Shown here one piece after another: positions 42,767-54,189 of a stretch of 64,000 bases of DNA. The position numbers and the translations under genes are program-made. Each line of letters opens with the position of its first letter. Within the stretch, counting starts at the first letter, position 1. Under the pieces are notes generated by a model. The model was given only the letters and a program-made list of their open reading frames with translations, ran no database searches and was not told where the DNA came from. Origin of the DNA: Candidatus Bathyarchaeota archaeon (GTDB taxonomy: Archaea; Thermoproteota; Bathyarchaeia; Bathyarchaeales; DTEX01); NCBI GenBank assembly GCA_963714275.1, contig CAVQNT010000006.1, forward strand, positions 352,001 to 416,000, read 5' to 3'.

Positions 42767-43849
42767 TTACGTGTTTCTTTCTATAAGATAGTCGGCGAGT
42801 GCCTTCAAAACATTCTTTGAATCAGAAGGCAGAAGAATTTTATCAACTTCATCCCAGCTCTCACGAACCAACGTTGATGCACATTTCTTAGCGTACTCTA
42901 TTGAGCCATATTTGTTGAATAACTGGATTGCTTTTCTCCTCAACGTTACGTCGGTTGTGTGCAGGCTGAGAATCTGCGTTAACTCTTTTTTGTCCGCAGA
43001 AGACGATTTTCTGAAAGTATGAATGACAATTAACGTCAGCTTTCCTTCAGTGATGTCCATTCCCAATCCGCCTTTTCCTTTGGCAAACTGTTCGCCAACA
43101 AGGTCCAAAACGTCGTCCTGAATTTGGAAAGCCACACCGACGGACTCAGCGAACTTCCCCATCTTCTCAACTGTGTCATCGTCAGCAGCTGCAAGCACTG
43201 CTGCCATTCTTGCTGCCATTCTCGCGAGGGTTCCAGTTTTGTAGGAACACATTTGTAGGTATTGTTCCTCAGAAACCTCGTTTATTGGTGATAAGCCGTT
43301 GTGCCACGCTATGTCGATTGCTTGCCCGAAGTTAATGTTAACCATCTCTTGGACGTAAATTTCGTACAGTCTCTTCGCCCGTTTAGACGTAAGGCAACCA
43401 GCGTTCTCGTTCAATGCGAGCATAGGCAGGAAGTACATCACGTTTGAAAGGTTAATTGCAACATCAACCCCAAACAGTTCGTAGGTGCACGGCTTTCCCC
43501 GCCTCATCTTTGAGGAATCCTCAATGTCGTCCGCAATCAAGGTTCCGTTATGAATGATTTCAGGAATCGTGGCAAAGTCCAAAAATCTCTCAGAATCCCC
43601 ACCTAAAGCGTCGCAAACTAGAACAAAAAGTGCTGGTCTCCAACGTTTGCCCCCTCGGTCCATGAAGTCCCAAAAAGGCTTAGCCACTGTCTTGTTTAAG
43701 GCACTCAAGTCAAGATTGTTTCTTGGAAGGCAGATTTTCAGGATTAAGGAGTCATCTTTGAATTCCCTAGGCACGTACTTCTCGATATAGCGGTCGATTA
43801 ATTCCGCCTTCTGCCTTAGTATTCGTTCTATTGTGTCATCGACGCTCAT
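42767..43849 (-). CDS. Polyprenyl (geranylgeranyl) diphosphate synthase
   Basis: GGKRWRP, DDIED..RRG, KTG and FQIQDD. Confidence 0.93.
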   Translation of the reverse strand: MSVDDTIERILRQKAELIDRYIEKYVPREFKDDSLILKICLPRNNLDLSALNKTVAKPFWDFMDRGGKRWRPALFVLVCDALGGDSERFLDFATIPEIIHNGTLIADDIEDSSKMRRGKPCTYELFGVDVAINLSNVMYFLPMLALNENAGCLTSKRAKRLYEIYVQEMVNINFGQAIDIAWHNGLSPINEVSEEQYLQMCSYKTGTLARMAARMAAVLAAADDDTVEKMGKFAESVGVAFQIQDDVLDLVGEQFAKGKGGLGMDITEGKLTLIVIHTFRKSSSADKKELTQILSLHTTDVTLRRKAIQLFNKYGSIEYAKKCASTLVRESWDEVDKILLPSDSKNVLKALADYLIERNT

Positions 43850-43858
43850 CCCGACTGG

Positions 43859-44964
43859 TCAACCTCCTCGTCCCGCATAGCTCACCAAGTTGAAACCTCT
43901 TGCCCGTAGCCATTCCGCAGTTTTTCCGCTTACTATAACTGGAACAGCCTTTAACCCTTCAATCGAAGAAGCCCCAACAAGAAACATGATGGTTCGCAGT
44001 TGGCGAATGACGAGGTCAAGTTTCATCTTAACTTCTTCGCTGTCCTTCAAAGATGGACCTAAAACAGGAAGCGCAAATCCCGCCAAAGATGCCCCTAAAG
44101 TTAAAGACTTCGCGACGTCGCTGCCTGTGCGGACGCCGCCAGATGCAATTACGGGCACACTGACTGACTGAACCGCCTCAATAAGCGTGACAACAGTCGG
44201 TATCCCCCAATCCCACAGGTCCTTGCCAATTTCCTGCCCCAAAATGTCACCGCGTTGTTTGGCTCTGTAATATTCAACTGCTGCCCAGCTCGGTTCCCCC
44301 TGCTCCTGCAACGTCGATGCCTGAGACTCCAGCATCCACAAGTTTCTTAGTGTCTTCAGTCGATATACCCGCGCCTGTCTCCTTAACGATAACTGGAACA
44401 TCAAGGCTTTTCGCAAGTTCCCCTATTTTCTGTAGAATTCCTGTATAATTGGTTTCTCCTTCTGGCTGCACGGCTTCCTGAAGAGGATTAAGGTGGACTG
44501 CCAAAGCGTCAGCGTTCACCATGTCTACTGCTTTTTTGATTTGGCCTAAGCTGTATCCCTTCTTAATCTGTGGAGCACCAATGTTAGTGAGAATGAAGGC
44601 GTTTGGTGCTTTTTTCCTGACGATTGAGTAGGTTCGTTCAAGTTTCAGGTTTTCAAGGGCTGCTCTTTGGCTCCCGACTCCCATGCCGAGTCCAAGTTCC
44701 TCAACAGCTTCAGCGATAGCTGCATTAATCTGGAATGCCTTTTCGGTTCCTCCAGTTATTCCGGTGATTATCAAAGGCGCTGAGAACTTGTGACCGAAGA
44801 CTTGCGTTGAAAGGTCAACGTCTTTTTGGTTGATTTCGGGAAGTGCCCTGTGAATCAGAAAGACATCCTCGAAGCCTGTTGATGTTTTCTTTGCCTTTAC
44901 ATCTTCCTCTAGGCATATACATATGTGTTCAGTTTTCCTTTCCTCTGTCTGCTTAGCTTGGGAT
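43859..44964 (-). CDS. fni: Type 2 isopentenyl-diphosphate delta-isomerase; frameshift near 44290, start approximate
   Basis: ERKTEHI, GVGSQR, HLNPLQE, IVKETGAG, AGAGGT and ASGGVR. Confidence 0.93.
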
Positions 44965-45759
44965 TTACGGTTCAATTTTTGTGCCAACAACCTTCTCTCC
45001 TTTAAGGACTTTGTATATATTACCTGATTTGGAAGCATTCACTATCATAGTCTCGATACCTTTCGTGACTAGTAAAGTGAGCTCTGAAACTTTGCCCAAC
45101 ATTCCGCCTGTAACATCAGTAACTCCTGTTCCGCTAATTCTATTTTTTGGGTTTTTAAGCTCAGCTAACGTTAAGTGCTGAATCAAACGGGCTGAGGGAT
45201 TCTTTTTTGGGTCATCTGTGAAAATTCCGTCAACATCAACTCCCATTATGAGCCTTTGAGCCTTCATTTTTTCCGCTAGAAAAGACGCTAATTGGTCTCC
45301 TGAAAGAACTGTGAAACCCATGTTCAAGTCTAGAACAACATCTCCATATAAAACTGGAACAAGACCCATCTTAACTGCCTGTTTTAGAGTTTCCTTATTA
45401 AAAACGTGGATTCGACCCGACTTCGTGATTATAAAAGATGAAGGAGCCATCCCGAAAGCTGGAACTCCCTTCCTAAGTAGGCTTTCCAGTATTATCTTGT
45501 TCAAAGAAACCATAGCCTCATGGGTCTCCGAAAATCCCGCGAGCTGAGACTTGTCTTTAAACCCGTCTGCGATGCCATATTTTTCGGCAATCGGGTGACC
45601 GAAGCTTCCTCCCCCATGAACCAAAATGAGCTTTGATGGCTGTGCTTGGAAGATTTCGTCTGCAAGCCTTTTTATAGCTGGAAAATTAGGCGTTAAGGGT
45701 CTAGCCTTTTCCGTGATGACGGAGCCTCCGAGCTTCAACACCAAAAGTTTATTCCTCAA
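44965..45759 (-). CDS. ipk: Isopentenyl phosphate kinase
   Basis: [20 protein letters not shown] and DVTGGM; located in the MVA cluster. Confidence 0.92.
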   Translation of the reverse strand: MRNKLLVLKLGGSVITEKARPLTPNFPAIKRLADEIFQAQPSKLILVHGGGSFGHPIAEKYGIADGFKDKSQLAGFSETHEAMVSLNKIILESLLRKGVPAFGMAPSSFIITKSGRIHVFNKETLKQAVKMGLVPVLYGDVVLDLNMGFTVLSGDQLASFLAEKMKAQRLIMGVDVDGIFTDDPKKNPSARLIQHLTLAELKNPKNRISGTGVTDVTGGMLGKVSELTLLVTKGIETMIVNASKSGNIYKVLKGEKVVGTKIEP

Positions 45760-46734
45760 TCCTCACTCCTTCCATGGTCATCTTTGTTACGAAGGCTTCT
45801 TCTCCCGCCTGTTTTATGGCTTCCGCCACATCCTGAACGCGTTCAGGCTTCGAAAGGGCAACAATGCATCCTCCTCCGCCACCTCCCGTAAGCTTTGCGC
45901 CAAAAGCACCAGCTTTCGTGCTGCGTAGACCATTTTGTCAATGGATTCGTTTGAGACGCCTACTGCGCAGAGAAGAGCATGGTTAATGTTCATCATTTCG
46001 CCCAACGTTTCGAGGTCACCTTGGTCCAAAGCCTCGATGCTTCGGGCAACGATTTCACCACCAGCTCCAATAATTTTGTCAATGACAGATTGATATTGGT
46101 TTCTTAACTCGCCCACGTGGGCAACCATCTCTCCCATTGACCGCTCAATGCCGGTGTTCCCAACCACAAGAGGCAAGTCAGTGCCAACATTCAGTTTCTG
46201 AATATTCTCGCCTTTACGATAACATAAGACGCCACCGTATGTCGAGATGGCTGGATCGAGGCCTGAAGAGTTTCCATGGGCAATCTTTTCCGCATCAAAG
46301 TCTACCTGAAAAATGTCTTTCTCATTTAAGCCTGCATCAAAGAGATGGTTTAATGCAGCAGCAGAAGCAACAGCCACAGCAGCAGAGGAACCTAGCCCAG
46401 CTGCCACAGGAATTGGTGAATCAACCTTAAGACTAACGTCGACATCTCTGCCCGAGAAATTCAAAACGCTTTTAACAACTATATAAATTGGGTCAAGTCT
46501 CTTTTTTATTAAATGCTCATCGCCTTTTTTACTGTAAAACTTATCATTTTCGAAGTAGCCCGAACATTTCATTGCTTTGGATTTTATCCATACCTTCCTG
46601 TCTTTTCGTGGTTCTGCAGTAACTGTTGCCCTTCGGTCAATAGCTAAGACTACCGCTGGCTCTCCGTGTACCACAAAGTGTTCGCCTAACAGTATCACCT
46701 TTGCTGGAGCTGAAGCCTTGGCTTGAGTTTTCAG
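45749..46734 (-). CDS. mvk: Mevalonate kinase; frameshift near the 3' end, start approximate
   Basis: [27 protein letters not shown] and HGNSSGLD. Confidence 0.93.
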
Positions 46735-46881
46735 ACCATTACCTCCAATGCAGATTAGTCTTGGACGTAGTCAATACCGAGAGATTTTAACCGTTTGGGT
46801 TTATCAGATAATCTGTCGAATCTTCGATATAAAACACTTTGATTTTCGAAACGTTAAGAAAGAAACCGAAAAATGCTTCCG

Positions 46882-47584
46882 CTATTGAGTCTGCTGGCTT
46901 TTTTCGACTAGCTTAACCTCAAAGTCCTCGAGTGAGACAGATAATTCCCCGTCAGGAGCAATTTCGCCTCTTTCGCGTATAACCTGCCTTGCCAGAAGCC
47001 AATAGATCACTGCGAGTGCTCTCCTGCCTTTATTGTTTGTGGGTATAACTAAGTCCGCGTAAGCTAAAATCATTGTCCGTGCTGCATAGAGCGATTATGG
47101 GGATTCCCAAGCTTGAAGCTTCTTTCACTGCTTGAAAATCAGCCCTAGGATCAGACACAAAAATCACATCTGGTTCTATCCTATGGAGATAAATGGGATT
47201 TAGAAGCATGCCGGGAACAAACCGTCCGGTGATGGGAGTAGCGCCTACTATCTCGCAGAACTTCATGACTGGTTCACGGGCATAAAGTCTAGCTGCTGCA
47301 ACAGCAATTTTTGTTGGTTCAAAGCGTGCAAGAAATTTCGCGGTGACTCTTATCCGCTCGTCGGTCTTCTTTAGGTCCAAGACGAAGAGTCCGTCACCTC
47401 TGATGCGGTAGATGAAGGGCTCCATGTCTTTGGTTTTGATTTTTGTGCCTATGTGGATGCCTGTTGAAAGCAGCGAATCTTGGGATAAAAGCAAACCTTC
47501 CATCGGAGCAACAGTTGTTTCATCAACAACCTCTTCTTTTTTGACTTCTTCTTCCTCTTTGATTTCTTCTGACACACACATCAA
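46882..47584 (-). CDS. rps2: 30S ribosomal protein S2; frameshift near 47065
   Basis: GIHIGTK, GRFVPG, DPRAD.QA and [10 protein letters not shown]. Confidence 0.95.
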
Positions 47585-47588
47585 CTCC

Positions 47589-48841
47589 TCAAATCTTCAG
47601 TATTGCCATTCGAGCCTTTTCACCTAAACTTTCCTCGATGCGTATAAGCTCATTCAGCTTTGCAATTCTTTCTCCACCAACTACGCCAGTCTTGATAACA
47701 GGGGCTTTGAACGCCACAGCAAGATGAGCTATGTGAGTTGACGCGGTTTCGCCAGACCTGTGCGACACAACCGGAACATAACCGTTTTCCAGCGCCAACC
47801 TTGTTGTATACCAGGTTTCCGTTAAGGTTCCAACCTGGTTCATTTTAATGATTATGGCGTTTCCAGCGTGAACCTTTATGCCTTGGCTAAGCCTTTTCAC
47901 GTTTGTGACGAAAAGGTCGTCGCCACAGATTAGGCATCTGCTGGACTTTTGGGTGAGATCCTTGAAGCCTTGATAATCGTCTTCGTGAACTGGGTCCTCG
48001 ACATAAACAAGTCTTGTATTTCCCAATAAGATCAAGAATATAGTCTAACTGTTCACCTGAGTCTCGGCTTATGCCGTCTCTTGTGTAGACGTAGCTTTTC
48101 TTTTTTGGTTCCCACAATGACGAGGCTGCCACATCTAATCCGGGTCTGCAGTCGAACCCAAGTTCTGTTGAAGCTTCTTTGCAAGTGTTAAACACTGCTT
48201 CGAGGGCCTGATCGTTGGTTACGTTTGGCGCCCACGCTCCTTCATCTCCTCTTCCGCCAGTAAAGGACGAATCAACTTTCTTGAGGATATCCTTCAATTT
48301 CTTATGTATTTTCGTGTTAGACTTCCATTGCAGCTGAGAAGGAGGGAGCACCGACTGGTAGAACGAGAAACTCCTGAATGTCAGTAGCCTTGCCCAAAGC
48401 GTGTTTTCCCCCACCAACAACGTTGCCTAGAGGATACGGAAGATCGGAGGCAAGAGAACCACCTAAATATTGGTACAGAGGAAGATCATACGAGTTTGAT
48501 GCAGCGTCAGCCACAGCCAACGAAACAGCGAACGCAGTGTTTCCACCGATGTTTTGGAAGTTTTCTGTTCCGTCAAGCTCTCGGAGAAGCCTGTCAACTT
48601 CCTCTTGTTCATCTGCGTAGAGCCCAATTATTTCGGGAGCCACAAGCTCCTCAACCTTCCTTACGGCTTCTTCTACTCCGCCTTCAGGAAAGGGGATTGC
48701 TTCTGCTTTTCCTGTGCTTGCTCCACTTGGTGCTGAGGCGTTTCCGAATCCGTCGATTGTGGTCACGTCGACTTCTATTGTTGAGTCTCCGCGGCTGTTG
48801 ATGATCTTTCGGGCTGTCACGTCCTCTATGAGAGCTGACAA
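47589..48841 (-). CDS. eno: Enolase; two frameshifts
   Basis: [30 protein letters not shown] and SHRSGET. Confidence 0.95.
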
Positions 48842-48842
48842 G

Positions 48843-49070
48843 TTACGTTGTTTCCTCCTCTTTTTCCATGGATGGTCTTTCGTAAAACTTTATGATCTCG
48901 TCTATTATCTCAACGTGCGACAAAAGCATGCGTCGGCAACAATAACGAGTGATACCCAAATCGTCCAAGACTTTCCCCGAATTTTCTCCCGCCTTAACTC
49001 TCTTAGCGAACTCTTCCCACTTGTCGCCGACGAGTTTTCCGCATGTGAAACACCTAACAGGTATAATCGT
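48843..49070 (-). CDS. rpoN: DNA-directed RNA polymerase subunit N (Rpo10); missed by the ORF track, first codon reads ACG
   Basis: Hand translation: (T)[20 protein letters not shown]...[24 protein letters not shown]...*. Confidence 0.95.
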   Translation of the reverse strand, partial: TIIPVRCFTCGKLVGDKWEEFAKRVKAGENSGKVLDDLGITRYCCRRMLLSHVEIIDEIIKFYERPSMEKEEETT

Positions 49071-49107
49071 CTTTGTTCCCTTCCTTCACATCATTATTTT
49101 ATGCTGT

Positions 49108-49530
49108 TTATCTGTAACTTTTCTGGTCCTTCGCTCTGGCGCCGGGTCCGCCGAACTTTTTCGGTTCCTTACGCCGAGGGTCTCCGGCTACCATTGTCCT
49201 GTCATATTTGAGAAACACGCTTCGCAGGTGCGAACTCTTTGTCCACTTCAAAAGAGCGTTGGCAAGAGTCATCCTGCTAGCTTCGGCTTGACCCATGAAT
49301 CCGCCGCCCTTTACTTTGATGCTGATGTCTAACTGTTTCCAGACATCTTCGCCAGCTTGGATAAGGGGTTCTCGGATTTTTTCGCGAGCTACTTCGGGTT
49401 CAAAAATTTCTAGAGGGATATTGTTAACGCGTATTCTACCCGCGCCTGTTCTCACGGTTGCTTTTGCAATTGCTGTTTTGCGTTTTCCGCTGACTACCAG
49501 AACCTTTTTTGTGCTTGACATGTCATGCAC
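49108..49530 (-). CDS. rps9: 30S ribosomal protein S9
   Basis: [17 protein letters not shown] and [19 protein letters not shown]. Confidence 0.97.
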   Translation of the reverse strand: MHDMSSTKKVLVVSGKRKTAIAKATVRTGAGRIRVNNIPLEIFEPEVAREKIREPLIQAGEDVWKQLDISIKVKGGGFMGQAEASRMTLANALLKWTKSSHLRSVFLKYDRTMVAGDPRRKEPKKFGGPGARAKDQKSYR

Positions 49531-49980
49531 CTAATCTTTCCATCCGATGTTGCGTGCTAAATCTGAGACTTTTATGTAAGGACCTCTTAAATTGCTAGCG
49601 TCCGCGTTTGAAAGCATGATTTTTCCTTTGTCCCTAAGCCCTTCTGGAGAGCCAGTATAGACTTTGAGTCTCTTTAGAGCCTCAATTCCGCATGGTTTTG
49701 TTCGTGGAAGCATGCCTCTGACAACCTTTTTCACGATTCTTTCTGGATTTCGGAAGTGCAGTGGTCCTTTTCTATGATGACCTACTTGGAGGAATTCTTC
49801 AGCGTTTCGAAAGATGCTTAGTCTCTTGCCTGAGATAACGGCTTCTTCAGCGTTAATAATCATTATACTTTCGCCATTCAGTAACCGTTTGGCGACTTCG
49901 CTTGCCATTCTTCCGAGTACTAGGCCTTTCGCGTCGACGATTATTGATTTTAGTTCACTGCTTTTGCTCATTGCTTTCAC
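49531..49980 (-). CDS. rpl13: 50S ribosomal protein L13
   Basis: DAKGLVLGRMAS and VRGMLP..ALKRLKVY. Confidence 0.96.
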   Translation of the reverse strand: MKAMSKSSELKSIIVDAKGLVLGRMASEVAKRLLNGESIMIINAEEAVISGKRLSIFRNAEEFLQVGHHRKGPLHFRNPERIVKKVVRGMLPRTKPCGIEALKRLKVYTGSPEGLRDKGKIMLSNADASNLRGPYIKVSDLARNIGWKD

Positions 49981-50347
49981 CGTATTATCCTTAAATTAGC
50001 GCCTTTAGGATTCACTTCGAGGACCTCTGGTAAAGTCAGGCATTTTCCCTTAGCACTAACTATCTTGGATGAAGCTTCGTCCGAAAAATCTAAAGCCGCG
50101 ACTGTTGCTGGATGGTTCATTATTCCAGAGCCAAGAACCTTTCCAGAAACTACGACTTCTTCGTTTTCTTTCGTGTGTCTATTAATTTTGCTTATGTTTA
50201 CTGCTATGCGTTTGCTTTTTGGTTGAGACAGCTTTTCACTACATCTCGCCATATGGCAGCGTTGTTTTCTCTAGACTTCTTTTTCAATAACCGAATGAGG
50301 TTTACGAAGTTTTGGTTAGTGCTTTTAATCAGTCTTTTCGGGCACAT
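49977..50347 (-). CDS. rpl18e: 50S ribosomal protein L18e; frameshift near 50240
   Basis: KSTNQ..IWRDV in one frame and VNISKINR..GKVLGSG in the next. Confidence 0.93.
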
Positions 50348-51158
50348 TTAATACCGCCACCATCTGGTTCATGAAGTCTGAGCATTTTTCATCATATATT
50401 TTTAGTGCTTCAGAGAATATACGTTCAACGGGAAGGGCGCCTGTGGATTCTATGTAAAAAATGAAAGCGTTCTCCTTCTTGTCTACCTTTATGGCTGAAG
50501 GATTTTTATCACAGGCTTCGACGCAATCCTCGCATAATATGCATTCTATCTCGTTGGCTACCTTCACTTTGTTTCCGTTTTTCTCAAAAACTTTTTTGGG
50601 GCAAATGTCGACGCATTTACCGCAGCCGTCGCATTTGGTTTGATCTATCTTGACAACGGGCACATACCTGTAGATGCAGGAGGATACGGGCTGCCACTTT
50701 GCGTGAGCCATGCCCTTACCTAGTTTTGCATATGCTTCCAGTCTTACCTTTTGTCCTGTCGCTAATTTTACTAACGGGATCTTTTCGCTGACTGGAGCGA
50801 TGTGAGGATCTTCTGGAACCATGTCTCCTGAATAGACGGTTCGTTGTCCATCTTTGGCTTCAACGTCCAATGTTAAGACGGTTCTGCACAGATGGCATCC
50901 GAGTTCGCTTTTGCAGTTGCATTTTTCTGGAAGGTTGTAAGCGTCAAGGTCGGTTTTAAGTGGAACCAAGCCTAACCTTAAGGAAAGTATTTCGTCATGT
51001 ATAACCGAGGAGTTTTCAATCATTACAACATCGTCGACCGCCATCACTGGAACTTCGGAAAGAACAATGCGCCTAAGCGTGTTAGCCATAGGAGTGTCTA
51101 TACCCTCCACCATGAAACGCATCGAATCCTCGTTTTTGTTAAGGAAGTTTATGTTCAT
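50325..51158 (-). CDS. rpoD: DNA-directed RNA polymerase subunit D with a ferredoxin-like insert
   Basis: ANTLRR, ENSS, HAKWQP, CDGCGKCVDICP, CILCEDCVEAC and ESTGAL. Confidence 0.96.
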   Translation of the reverse strand: MNINFLNKNEDSMRFMVEGIDTPMANTLRRIVLSEVPVMAVDDVVMIENSSVIHDEILSLRLGLVPLKTDLDAYNLPEKCNCKSELGCHLCRTVLTLDVEAKDGQRTVYSGDMVPEDPHIAPVSEKIPLVKLATGQKVRLEAYAKLGKGMAHAKWQPVSSCIYRYVPVVKIDQTKCDGCGKCVDICPKKVFEKNGNKVKVANEIECILCEDCVEACDKNPSAIKVDKKENAFIFYIESTGALPVERIFSEALKIYDEKCSDFMNQMVAVLNVPEKTD

Positions 51159-51226
51159 GTTTTAATCCTCTTAGTAAAATCGATAAATGTTCGAACAATA
51201 TTCCCTCATAAGAATCAAATACTTTC

Positions 51227-51625
51227 CTATACCCTTCTTCCCCTACGTCCGCCTTTACGTCTTGTTCCATCATGGGGAAGCGGCGTAACCTCCTCTATAC
51301 GACCTATGGACCTGAATCCAGCACGCGCAAGAGCTCTGATTGCTGCCTGTGCCCCTGGTCCCGGCGTGCGTGGACCTGATCCGCCTGGAGCACGGACTTT
51401 TATGTGTATTGCTGTTATGCCTTTGTCTTGGGCGATTGTTGCAACGTGTGACGCTGCTCTCATTGCGGCGTAAGGTGAGGACTGTAGCCTGTCCGCTTTA
51501 ACGAACATGCCTCCGCACGCTGTGGATATTGTTTCTGCTCCTGAAAGGTCTGTTATGTGGACTATGGTGTTGTTGTATGAGCTGAAAATGTGGACGACTC
51601 CCCATCTCTCGTCTTTCTTACTCAT
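51227..51625 (-). CDS. rps11: 30S ribosomal protein S11
   Basis: [28 protein letters not shown] and GGRRGRRV. Confidence 0.97.
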   Translation of the reverse strand: MSKKDERWGVVHIFSSYNNTIVHITDLSGAETISTACGGMFVKADRLQSSPYAAMRAASHVATIAQDKGITAIHIKVRAPGGSGPRTPGPGAQAAIRALARAGFRSIGRIEEVTPLPHDGTRRKGGRRGRRV

Positions 51626-52167
51626 TCGTTTCACTCCGTTAACTCTAGGTTCTATTGCCTGCCTGATTGGATGCTCTGGATTGTTCAGAAGGCTTCTTGA
51701 TGCGTAGGAAATACTGTTTTCTTTTCTGCTGGGCACGAGGAAACTTGGAGAAGAAACTTTTCGGTCGCCTAAGGCTATGTGCCCATGCGTTATTAGTTGA
51801 CGGGCTTGATACATGGATTTGGCTAGTCCTTTTCTCTGAACAAGCGTCTGAAGTCGACGTTCCAGTATCGATTCCATACCTAAGTCCAAGACATTGTCCA
51901 AAACAGACTGACTCTGGCAGTATGCCCAGATTCTTCAGCCGACCTAGAAGCTGGGACTCAAGTTCAGCTCTGTCAGAAGTCGACATGCTTAAAAGAGACC
52001 TTGCCATGCTTCGGAACTTTGAAAGCATTGTTCTGTGTTGCCAAAGTTCACGTTTGTTCCTTAAACCGTACCCACCGAGCAACCTGAGACTCGCTGTCGA
52101 GAATGTCTGACCGCCAAGGAAACCTTGGGGTTTCATACTTCTTTTTCTGTTTCCTAGGGTCCCCCAA
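51626..52167 (-). CDS. rps4: 30S ribosomal protein S4; frameshifted
   Basis: TTG start giving [14 protein letters not shown], then [17 protein letters not shown] and [11 protein letters not shown]. Confidence 0.93.
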
Positions 52168-52624
52168 CAGGTTTCACCAACGCCTTTTTCTTTACACCGG
52201 TAACTTTTCCTTTTCTGCCACTTGTTCTAGTTCTTTGTCCCCGAGTTTTAAGACCGTAGGAATGCCTGTAACCTCGCCAAGACCTCATCGTTGTCATCCT
52301 TTCAACATCCTGCTTCATTTGAAGGTCAAGGTCAGAGGTTGTAAGGTGGATGTCTTTCCCGGTTTCTACATCTTTTCGGCGATTCAACAGCCAAGAAGGT
52401 AAACTTTGTCCTTCAATGTTGCCAAGGATTTCTACGAGCCTTCTAACTTCAACATCAGAAAGGAAACCTAACCTTTTTTCTTGCGGAATATTGGCTTTCT
52501 TTACCAAGACATTTGCTAATCGTATGTTTATGCCCTTTATTACAGTTAGGGCGAAGACTACGTTTATTGTTCCGTCCAAGTCTTTGCCTAATAGGCGAAC
52601 TATGTGTTTAAACTCAGAGGACAT
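52154..52624 (-). CDS. rps13: 30S ribosomal protein S13
   Basis: PSWLLNRRKD and WRGYRHSYGLKTRGQRTR. Confidence 0.97.
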   Translation of the reverse strand: MSSEFKHIVRLLGKDLDGTINVVFALTVIKGINIRLANVLVKKANIPQEKRLGFLSDVEVRRLVEILGNIEGQSLPSWLLNRRKDVETGKDIHLTTSDLDLQMKQDVERMTTMRSWRGYRHSYGLKTRGQRTRTSGRKGKVTGVKKKALVKPVGGP

Positions 52625-53020
52625 TACGGTTTATGCAGCTCCTCACGAATTAGGTAACTTTGAAGACGCCATTCCTTTTTTAAGCTATGCCTAACCTGTA
52701 TCTTCTGGTGGTTAGACGCTTTTTACCTTGTATTTATTGCGTGTTTATGAAGACAACTTGCGGAATATTTAAAGGTTTTTCCATTCGTGCAGCCAACTTT
52801 CGTATTCATTTAACAACCTTATTCGTGATTTCCTTGAAGGAATTTTACAAAATAATATGAATTTTAATTTAACTCGGTCCGATCTTAAAGCGGAAAAAGG
52901 CTAATGATAGAACCACAAGAATCAACATGAAATAAATGAAAATAAATCTAACTGAATCCAGTTATAGAACTTGGTCTTTTTTTTGGTTTAGCGTTTCTCA
53001 CTACTTTACGTTATTCTTGA

Positions 53021-54042
53021 TTATGGTTTTAACATGATTTTAAGGGTCTTTCCCTTCTTTTCATGCATCAGTTCGAAGCCTTCTTGCGTTTTTTCCAGAG
53101 GCAATATGTTCGTTATTAAGGGTTTCACATCGATCTTGCGGTTTACTATGTAACTAAAGCCTCTTCTGAAATCGTCCGAAGCGTAGGCGTAAGAGCCTCT
53201 AATCTGAAGTTCTCTAGACACAATAGACAAAACATTCAAAGTCATGGTTTTCGACATCATTCCCACAACAGTCAGCTTTCCCCCAATCGCTAACATATTT
53301 ATTCCTTGCTGAACCGTTGCTTCTAAGCCTACAGCTTCGAAAACGACCTCCGCTCCTGAACCGTTAGTTAATTCAATTATTCTTGAGACAGGGTCTTCAG
53401 TCATTGAGTTAATTGTTATGTCTGCGCCTAAGGTTTTGGCAAAATCTAACCTGTAATCAACAACGTCTGTTACAATGAGTCGTCCTGCGCCTGCTGCCTT
53501 TGCTGCTTGCAGAATCGACAACCCGATTATGCCTGCTCCGATGACGACGACGGTGTCCCCAAGTTTAACATCCGTGTTGTTAACCGCGCGTAAAGCCACA
53601 GAAAGCGGCTCAGTCATTGCTCCTTCCTCGTAAGTCACATGGTCTGGCAGCACATAACAATTCAACGCTGGGACAGACTACATACTCAGCGAAAGCCCCG
53701 CCTGTGTGCAACCCAAACAGCTTTACGTTGCGGCAAACGTTGCCCTGACCGCGGACGCAAGGTGTGCATACGCCGCACCGTTTAAGTGGGTCAACGGTAA
53801 TCCTTTCGCCCAACTTGAGGTCTTTCACGTCTTTCCCGATTTCTGCCACTTCACCTGTGAATTCGTGGCCCATGACAAGCGGCGGCGTCCTTCTTTGGGA
53901 GACTCCTTCGTATGCGTGGAGTTCCGAACCGCATATTCCCACAGCCTGAACCTTGACTAAAACTTCGTTGTTTCTTATTTTTGGCTTAGGCATGTCTTCG
54001 ATTCTGATGTCTTTTCCGCCGTACCAAACAGTCTGCTTTCAT
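53021..54042 (-). CDS. Zn-dependent (sorbitol/threonine-type) dehydrogenase; frameshifted
   Basis: GICGSE, GHEFTGE, CGVCTPC..C and GAGIIG. Confidence 0.88.
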
Positions 54043-54189
54043 CGTCATTCGCCATATCCATCTACTGTGTTTTGTGCATTTATTTTTTATTAGTCTAAGT
54101 TAAGGTGTAATAAGTGTTTATCAAAAACAATATCAGCACACAATGTACTAAAAACAATCGTTAAGACACTACTACCATGGGGAAAGGAA

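Noticed and set aside
48949-49332. Plus-strand ORFs over rpoN/rps9 and similar antisense ORFs throughout the window
   Set aside because: Shadow frames of well-supported genes on the opposite strand.
50325-51158. Ferredoxin-like insert in RpoD as a novelty
   Set aside because: Fe-S-binding domains in archaeal RpoD are already well known.
43859-52167. Programmed frameshifting or pseudogenisation of core genes
   Set aside because: Too many unrelated essential genes are affected and I saw no common slippery motif; sequencing indels are the simpler explanation.
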